Shown here: positions 16,740 through 22,722 of the stretch, piece after piece | Position numbering within the stretch: the stretch's first letter is position 1 | Layout: each line of letters starts with the position of its first letter | Assembly: GCA_050248615.1 (NCBI GenBank) | Contig: JBFWSA010000032.1 | Coordinates: 1 to 22,722, forward strand | Source of the DNA: Simkaniaceae bacterium | Lineage (GTDB): Bacteria > Chlamydiota > Chlamydiia > Chlamydiales > Simkaniaceae | Direction of reading: 5' to 3' | Length of the DNA: 22,722 nucleotides | Notes under the pieces: generated by a model | What the model was told of the DNA's origin: nothing | The model's database searches: none | The model's input: only the letters and a program-made list of their open reading frames with translations | Position numbers and translations under genes: made by a program

Positions 16740-17844
16740 AAAAATCGAATCGAGCTCTTAGAGTGAGCCCTTGGAGATTAAGATCAAATCGATCGTAGTG
16801 ATCGCTGATACTAATATAAAGTGTTTGATTGATCCAGATCTGACTTTCCCATCCTCCTTGAAGTAAGAAGTGGTAGCGTCCACAACCGAAATAGCTCTCA
16901 GCTCTAAGTCCAATAGCAAACTCCAGTACAGGTTTTACTAATCTGAGATGATCTTGAATACTGACTGTTGTAATCTCATTCGATTGTGGTTGGTTGGGTT
17001 CTAAAGTCTCAAAGGTATCTTTACGATCGATGTCATAATGGAGCCAGATCGCTGTTAGGGCGATATTTCCATAAATGCTAAAGATCTTGGAGAATTGCCA
17101 TGAAGTGTTAAGTCCTGTACGCATCCCCACTCCCCAGAGAGAATGATCGAAGCGGACAGAATAATCGAAAGTAGGAACTTGGGGGAGTAACTGAATAGGA
17201 ATGGTTTCATAGAAGACATTATAGTCTTGTTTTTGCCATGTTCCCTTTACACCAACAAAGGGGCGGAGTTTAAGAGTGCGACTCACATAGTAGTTTCTTC
17301 CGAGTTCTAAATCACCCACTTGGTAGTGAAGATCAAAATGGGCATGGGCGCGTTCAAAAGGGGGAATCGTCAGTCCCGAAAAAGAGGGGGTACGGATTTC
17401 AAATGCAGGCTGCAAAAATTGCGAACGCTTGCTGTCACCCACATTGGTATAAAACCAGGTATACTGCAACGTCATATCCCAACAACCATGGCAGAAACTC
17501 CATCCTAAACCCACTTTGAAACCCGGGTCCCAAGTCCAATCTACACTTTGGACTTCCCCTTTATTAGGTCCTTGATGGGTTGTTAAATTTCCCATCCCTG
17601 TTTTTGCATAGGTAAGAGTGTCTAAGCGCGCAGTCCAATAGATAAAATCGGCAAAAATCGCGAGATCCATTCCATTTTTGACTCGGGGGCCCGCGCAAGG
17701 GGTGATTTGATTTAAGGGTTTATCTTGATGTTGCTCAAGAGAGGAAACACGGTTTTCTAGTCCCCTCATCCGAATTTCACTCTCCGCTTGCAATAGGAAT
17801 GTGGGGAGTAAGCTTAAAATAAAAAACGCGCGCAAAAACTTCAT
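16738..17844 (-). CDS. MOMP-like / Lpg1974-family porin
   Basis: Signal peptide, ITPCAGPRV, ADFIYWTA, PGFKVGLG, DLELGRNY, GWESQIW, C-terminal RFDF. Confidence 0.88.
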   Translation of the reverse strand: MKFLRAFFILSLLPTFLLQAESEIRMRGLENRVSSLEQHQDKPLNQITPCAGPRVKNGMDLAIFADFIYWTARLDTLTYAKTGMGNLTTHQGPNKGEVQSVDWTWDPGFKVGLGWSFCHGCWDMTLQYTWFYTNVGDSKRSQFLQPAFEIRTPSFSGLTIPPFERAHAHFDLHYQVGDLELGRNYYVSRTLKLRPFVGVKGTWQKQDYNVFYETIPIQLLPQVPTFDYSVRFDHSLWGVGMRTGLNTSWQFSKIFSIYGNIALTAIWLHYDIDRKDTFETLEPNQPQSNEITTVSIQDHLRLVKPVLEFAIGLRAESYFGCGRYHFLLQGGWESQIWINQTLYISISDHYDRFDLNLQGLTLRARFDF

Positions 17845-17928
17845 CGGAATCTCACCTTATAAGATTATGAGTGAAACACTATGAAACGAGATTTGCAATT
17901 GATTTTCAAGAAAAACTTTAGCTCTGAC

Positions 17929-18312
17929 TCAAGCGTAAGAGTCGATCACAATCCGAACAAAAATAGAGAAGATCTGAGAAGTGGTATAAACATCACTCAG
18001 GTAACTACGGGGAAGGTGATAGTCCAACTTGTTGAATAGATAAGAGGTTACATAGGGAGTCAATGCATAAAGGACAACAAAGGTAATTTTGGGAACTAAG
18101 GGATAGTTTTCATCAATAGCGCCGATTTTCCCGATGTAATAACAGAGGCTGATATTCTGGACATCAACAACTGTTTGTGTGAAACCATAAGCTAACGCAG
18201 TCTCCATAGGAACTCCATGGTCTCGGAGAAGATTTCCCCCCACGCAGGGAATCATCCGAGAACCCACTAGAATTCCACAAGTCATTGCAAGATCTCTTAG
18301 GGGAGCTGCCAT
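17929..18312 (-). CDS. small hydrophobic hypothetical protein
   Basis: 127-aa ATG-started ORF that fills the gap between two porins on the same strand; no recognisable motif. Confidence 0.55.
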   Translation of the reverse strand: MAAPLRDLAMTCGILVGSRMIPCVGGNLLRDHGVPMETALAYGFTQTVVDVQNISLCYYIGKIGAIDENYPLVPKITFVVLYALTPYVTSYLFNKLDYHLPRSYLSDVYTTSQIFSIFVRIVIDSYA

Positions 18313-18356
18313 GGTAAATCCAACTTTTGAAGTTGTTTGAGTATACCATAAAAAAG

Positions 18357-19385
18357 TTAAAAATCAAAGCGAAGCTTAGCCGTTAATCCATTGAAGGTTA
18401 AGTCCCCATTATTTTGCCCCCAAAAGGAAATAAATCTTCCATAATGGATCCAAATTTGACTCTCCCACCCTGCTTGCATAGAAAAGTGATACCGCTCCTT
18501 TTGAAACCACCATTCCCCTTTAAGCCCTAGCATCATCTCGATGTTAGCGATAATAGAGTTGGGATCGTTAGAGATATTGACCGTAGTTGTTGCAGGGGAC
18601 CCATCAATCTGAAGGCGATCCCGTCTGTTCACATCGTAATCATTCCAAAGACCTGCAAAGGCGATGTCACTTACAATACTCCACCCTTTATAGAAGGTCC
18701 ATGTGGCATTTGCTCCCATCCGAATACCGATTCCCCAACTGTCATGATCTTGATTAGTTGTTCCTGTTCCGGGAAGAGGTCCTAAGTTACCTAGGGTCAC
18801 AGAATTTGCAATATAGCGCGTATTCCAATCCTGATAAATCCAGCTTCCTCTGAGTCCAAAAAAGAGGCGTGTGGCTAAGAAGCGGCTTAAAAAGAAATTA
18901 CGCCCGAGTTCCAAATCTAAAACATTAAACATCAGATCCCAGTGACTTCTCGCGGCTGTGATCGCTGAGATTTGTGTTGTTGTCAGATTATTAAAGGTTA
19001 AAGAGATCGGAACGATACCGCCACCTGCGCTTTTGGCTCGATCTGTTGAACTGCTCTGCAGCCAAGTATAGCGCGCATAGAGATCCCACCCATCATGACA
19101 AGGATAGAAACCAACCCCTACACGAAAGCCAGGCTTCCAAGGGTACCCTACTGTATGGATCTTCCCTGAAGAGGTTACCGCAGTCCCTGGAGTGACTGAT
19201 ATTCCTGTTGTGGCGTAGTTAAGTCTCTCCTGGATAGCCTTCCACCACAAAAACTCTGCAGTAATGAAGACATCTGCTCCCTTTTTTACAAAAGGGCCCG
19301 CAGGAGGTGTAATAACCTGCTGATTTTCTGTAAACACCTTGAATATTAATAAGAAACAGACAAGGAAAAGAAGTTTTCCTTTCAT
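18357..19385 (-). CDS. MOMP-like / Lpg1974-family porin
   Basis: Start MKGKLL at 19385 with G-rich SD; ITPPAGP, AEFLWWKA, DGWDLY, DLELGRNF, C-terminal RFDF. Confidence 0.88.
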   Translation of the reverse strand: MKGKLLFLVCFLLIFKVFTENQQVITPPAGPFVKKGADVFITAEFLWWKAIQERLNYATTGISVTPGTAVTSSGKIHTVGYPWKPGFRVGVGFYPCHDGWDLYARYTWLQSSSTDRAKSAGGGIVPISLTFNNLTTTQISAITAARSHWDLMFNVLDLELGRNFFLSRFLATRLFFGLRGSWIYQDWNTRYIANSVTLGNLGPLPGTGTTNQDHDSWGIGIRMGANATWTFYKGWSIVSDIAFAGLWNDYDVNRRDRLQIDGSPATTTVNISNDPNSIIANIEMMLGLKGEWWFQKERYHFSMQAGWESQIWIHYGRFISFWGQNNGDLTFNGLTAKLRFDF

Positions 19386-19449
19386 GGTTTCCCCCACTTC
19401 TTCTTCTTTCTTCTCTTTAGCAAATAAGGACAAATACCATCAACAAGAT

Positions 19450-19484
19450 AAAAAAAAACTGAGCACCGAAGTGCCCAGTTTTTT
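19450..19484 (-). terminator. intrinsic terminator after the 19510-20646 porin
   Basis: Minus strand reads AAAAAACTGGGCAC-TTCG-GTGCTCAG-T9: a C(UUCG)G tetraloop stem followed by a U tract. Confidence 0.85.
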
Positions 19485-19509
19485 ACGAGAAAAATTCCGA
19501 AGACTTTAT

Positions 19510-20646
19510 TTAGAAATCGAAACGGAATTTTAAGTTAAGTCCTTGAAGACTTAAATCTTGAGTAGCTTCATCAACGAGCTCCACAAAACGTCCCCAGTTT
19601 AACCATACTTGCTGTTCCCATCCTGCTTGAACTGCAAAATGGTAGTTATCATCGTAAAACCAGATTTCCCAGCGCAAGCCAAGTTCGAGTTCACCAATGT
19701 ATTTAGCTGTGTAATGGTTGTCATTATCTAGGTTAACAACACGAGTAGAGATACCTGTAGCGGTGTCTTCTAGATTGTCATGTCTAATCAGATCATGGTA
19801 ATTTGTCCATAGTGTAGTCCAAGCGAAGTCGCCATAAAAGCTCCAGCATTTAGACATATACCAAGAAACATTTAAACCACCACGAACACCAACTCCCCAA
19901 ACATCGTAATGTTGGTGCATAACATAAGGACCTGAAACAGGAACGCTAGGATTTCCTTCTAATTCAAAGGAATTTCCAGTAAAGTATGCTTTTAGATCGG
20001 TATCCTGCCAAGTACCTTTAAGACCAATAAAAGGTCTCATAGTCAAGAATTGGCTGACATAAAAATTACGTCCAAGTTCAAGATCAATCACGTTAAAGTG
20101 AAGATCCCAATTAGCTTTTGCACTGTTGGCGAATACAAGAGGTCCATCTCCGCCTAGCGCAAATGTGTTTGCAATCACACCGTTGTCACTAGAGAGACTA
20201 TTACTGTTGCTAGGGCGTAGCCAAGTGTATTGAGAATAGAGATCCCATCCATCGTGACTTAGGTTAAGACCTAATCCCACTTTAAAACCAGGAGCCCAAT
20301 CATCTCCAACACTTTTTACTTTTCCTTTTGAGGCTGATTGAAAAGCAGGTAAATTATCTCCTACTTTTACTCCAGTAAAAGCGTATTCAGTTCCTTCTTG
20401 AACAGCTTTCCACCAAATGAAATCGGCTGTGATGAAAACATCTGCACCATGTGCGACACGAGGTCCGGCGTTAGGTGTAATTTCTCTGTACGATCCGCGT
20501 TGATACGTTCCCTGTCCAGATTGTTGCATGCTTCCGCTTGATTGCGAACTGCCATTATACTGATAAGTATCAGCAAATGCAGAGCCAAACAAGCTCACAC
20601 ACATTGCCCCTACAAGAGGCCAAAGTTTTTTGAGTTGCATTTCCAT
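19510..20646 (-). CDS. MOMP-like / Lpg1974-family porin, possibly the major expressed copy
   Basis: Signal peptide ending AFA, ITPNAGPRV, ADFIWWKA, DGWDLY, DLELGRNF, GWEQQVW, RFDF; own promoter, GGGAG SD and terminator. Confidence 0.9.
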   Translation of the reverse strand: MEMQLKKLWPLVGAMCVSLFGSAFADTYQYNGSSQSSGSMQQSGQGTYQRGSYREITPNAGPRVAHGADVFITADFIWWKAVQEGTEYAFTGVKVGDNLPAFQSASKGKVKSVGDDWAPGFKVGLGLNLSHDGWDLYSQYTWLRPSNSNSLSSDNGVIANTFALGGDGPLVFANSAKANWDLHFNVIDLELGRNFYVSQFLTMRPFIGLKGTWQDTDLKAYFTGNSFELEGNPSVPVSGPYVMHQHYDVWGVGVRGGLNVSWYMSKCWSFYGDFAWTTLWTNYHDLIRHDNLEDTATGISTRVVNLDNDNHYTAKYIGELELGLRWEIWFYDDNYHFAVQAGWEQQVWLNWGRFVELVDEATQDLSLQGLNLKFRFDF

Positions 20647-20791
20647 TACTTGTTTCTCCCTGTTACAGAAATGATAAAATTTATAGTTCTCTTTCCTTTT
20701 TAACTGACTAAGCCAGAATTATGCAAGTAAAATGGTGTTAACCACCACTAAACATACACGCAACTGAGTTTTTTCAGCTTTTCCAATTTGG

Positions 20792-20820
20792 AATATATGA
20801 AACTCTATTGAGCGATTCAA
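20792..20820 (-). promoter_or_regulatory. putative promoter of the 20646 porin
   Basis: TTGAAT-N17-TATATT on the minus strand, implying a ~140-nt 5' UTR. Confidence 0.45.
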
Positions 20821-20985
20821 ATGCAAGAAAAAAATATTCAAAGTGGTTTAGATAGGCTAAGAATTTTCCACTGTTAGAGTTAAGTGTTACCTGTTTTTCT
20901 TGCTATGTTAAAGATATAGCTAAAGTTGTTGGAGTATAAATTATGGGGAAGGGGAGGCTTTTGTGCGAATGTCACTTTTTCCAGG

Positions 20986-21049
20986 AGGCCCCGACCAAAT
21001 CGGTGTCAACACGAACTTCTTCGATGACATGTTCTGCTTTGCGGGGCCT
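20986..21049. repeat. GC-rich imperfect hairpin downstream of the 21073 porin
   Basis: AGGCCCCG/CGGGGCCT outer stem enclosing TGTCA..CGAA-CTTC-TTCG..TGACA. Confidence 0.5.
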
Positions 21050-21072
21050 TATTTCCGCTTTTCTATCGCGTA

Positions 21073-22146
21073 TTAAAAGTCAAAACGGACCTTAATCGTG
21101 AGCCCTTGAAGGATAAGGTCTCCATTATTGGCAGCATCGTTTTGGGTGACTACGAGATGGTTAAAGTTGATCCAGACTTGCTCTTCCCATCCTGCTTGGA
21201 TAAGGAAGTGGTAACGGTCATCCATAAACCACCACTCACCCCGCAGGCCAATGCCAAATTCTAAGAGGGCTTTAAGGGTGTGGAATTCGTTTTCTGTTCT
21301 TAAGACTGTGATGTCTGTGTTGAGGGGAGTTCCACCCCCATTTTGGGAGTCGTTGCGGATATCATTGCGTACGCTATCAAACTGGGACCAAAGGGCTGTG
21401 AGTGCAAAATCTCCATAGAAGCTCCAGTTGCGATGGACATACCAGGCTGTATTGAGTCCGGAGCGGAGTCCAATCCCCCAAAAATCTTGATCATTGCGCA
21501 TACGGAGCTGAGAGACGATGATTTGGTCAGCAAAATCATAATTGACGTGGTAATCTTGATCGATCCAGCTTCCTTTGAATCCAATAAAAGGTCTTAAGGT
21601 GAGAAACTGACTGATGAAATAATTACGTCCCAAACTGAGATCGATAGCATTAAAGTGAATATCCCATTTTGTATGGGCGTTATTGACGCTGGTAGCATCA
21701 AGATTTACAATATTCCATAGAGGGACGTGATTTAATCCTGTGACAGAGTCAGATGCACTGGAATGGAGCCACGTGTATTCGGCGTATACATCCCATCCAT
21801 CATGGGGAAGGTTGAGTCCCACTCCTGCTTTAAAACCGGGATCCCAATCCCAATCAGGATAGTGGACGCTTCCTTTGCCCGCATTCGTGATTCCATCGCC
21901 TAACCCAGTCATGACATAACCTAGGTTATCCATGCGTGCTGTCCAATAGATAAAATCAGCGGTAACAAATACATCGATTCCATTATCTACACGGGGGCCT
22001 GCATTGGGAGTGATGGGGCGCGGCATTTTTTCAGCAATTTTCCCTGCAACATCGTGGGAAGTGGGAGCAGGGGGGCCATCATAGGTTCCTGAGAAAATTT
22101 TAGAACTAATAATAAATAAAGGCACAAGCCACAGTTTGCATTTCAT
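21073..22146 (-). CDS. MOMP-like / Lpg1974-family porin
   Basis: Start MKCKLW at 22146 with GAGG SD; ITPNAGPRV, ADFIYWTA, DGWDVY, GWEEQVW, RFDF. Confidence 0.88.
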   Translation of the reverse strand: MKCKLWLVPLFIISSKIFSGTYDGPPAPTSHDVAGKIAEKMPRPITPNAGPRVDNGIDVFVTADFIYWTARMDNLGYVMTGLGDGITNAGKGSVHYPDWDWDPGFKAGVGLNLPHDGWDVYAEYTWLHSSASDSVTGLNHVPLWNIVNLDATSVNNAHTKWDIHFNAIDLSLGRNYFISQFLTLRPFIGFKGSWIDQDYHVNYDFADQIIVSQLRMRNDQDFWGIGLRSGLNTAWYVHRNWSFYGDFALTALWSQFDSVRNDIRNDSQNGGGTPLNTDITVLRTENEFHTLKALLEFGIGLRGEWWFMDDRYHFLIQAGWEEQVWINFNHLVVTQNDAANNGDLILQGLTIKVRFDF

Positions 22147-22175
22147 GAAAGACCTCAAAAATAAATTTTCTTATT

Positions 22176-22204
22176 AGGCTAAAGATTTAGAAACGAAATG
22201 TCAA
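22176..22204 (-). promoter_or_regulatory. putative promoter of the 22146 porin
   Basis: TTGACA-N17-TAGCCT, the same hexamers as upstream of sufB. Confidence 0.55.
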
Positions 22205-22226
22205 GAAGACTGATTCATTAAACAGG

Positions 22227-22377
22227 GCTAATACATTAAAATGACATTGAAGAAGTGATTCCTAGGAGGAAAGTTCAAGGCGCCTGATGCAGGCAACCCT
22301 GTTAAGGGTTGTCGAAGCAAGGCAACGTAGAAATTTTCCCTAAGAAAACTTCTTCAATGTCATTTTAATGCGTTAGC
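22227..22377. mobile_element. palindromic MITE-like element, family D (~150 bp)
   Basis: Perfect 23-bp IR CATTAAAATGACATTGAAGAAGT (22234-22256 / 22348-22370), extendable to GCTAA ends; apex GGCAACCCT-GTTA-AGGGTTGTC. Confidence 0.8.
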
Positions 22378-22722
22378 TCTGGTTCATAAACCGCATTGTA
22401 CTAACCAATTTGTTAAGGACCTCAAGCCAGTCGTACGAGTGTTTGGTGAATTGTTTTAAGATGAAGAACCAGGCAGCCCACAGGAGACCCAGACCTAAAA
22501 GAGATTTGATTGACATGCCTAAGAAAGCGATTTGGACTTGAGGAGCTAAGCGGTTCGCGATTCCTAAGAACATTTCTGCCATCAATATCGCAACAAGGGA
22601 AGGGGAGGCGAGTTGGATGGCGATCGCTATGATTTGATTGACAAGGTCTATTCCGGTTTTCCAGAAGGGATTGACGCTTGAGAAAAAGAGAGGATTGAGA
22701 TAACCATTAGCGGGAACAATGT
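22373..22722 (-). CDS. sctT: type III secretion export apparatus subunit SctT (FliR family), 5'-truncated by the window edge
   Basis: Frame open to the edge: ...IAIQLASPSLVAILMAEMFLGIANRLAPQVQIAFLGMSIKSLLG, the typical SctT/FliR C-terminal motif. Confidence 0.88.
   Translation of the reverse strand, partial: IVPANGYLNPLFFSSVNPFWKTGIDLVNQIIAIAIQLASPSLVAILMAEMFLGIANRLAPQVQIAFLGMSIKSLLGLGLLWAAWFFILKQFTKHSYDWLEVLNKLVSTMRFMNQS

Noticed and set aside
3420..16740. Repeats as a CRISPR array or integron attC cassettes
   Set aside because: No regular repeat-spacer period, no cas or integrase gene, no consistent RYYYAAC/GTTRRRY ends, and most neighbours are housekeeping genes.
20915..20924. TATAGCTAAA matching the family C end
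   Set aside because: Only 10 AT-rich bases with no partner arm; cannot be told from chance.
509..21597. Many short antisense or alternate-frame ORFs inside recognised genes
   Set aside because: Shadows of well-supported CDSs with no motifs of their own.

Overview
A 22.7-kb chromosomal segment that most likely comes from an environmental member of the Chlamydiae (Simkaniaceae-like). This is inferred from five paralogous MOMP-like/Lpg1974-type porin genes ending in (R)[F/I]DF, the mcsA-mcsB pair and a T3SS sctT. Gene content, left to right: a partial hydrophobic hypothetical gene; an mcsA-mcsB-ispD/SDR-fusion operon; a secreted Gln-rich protein; a CAAX protease plus gabD; pgeF; rmlC-rmlD-rmlB-kdsB; a porin; sufBCDS; four porins with one small ORF between them; and the 3' part of sctT. 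The most unusual signal is non-coding. Many of the larger intergenic gaps are filled with ~150-170-bp imperfect palindromic MITE-like elements from at least five sequence families (named A-E here). They carry readable target-site duplications, insert into one another (two intact nested insertions and one relic, with the empty site of one present in the window), collapse by microhomology deletion and often abut stop codons. Two families share an apical motif despite unrelated ends. No transposase is encoded in the window.
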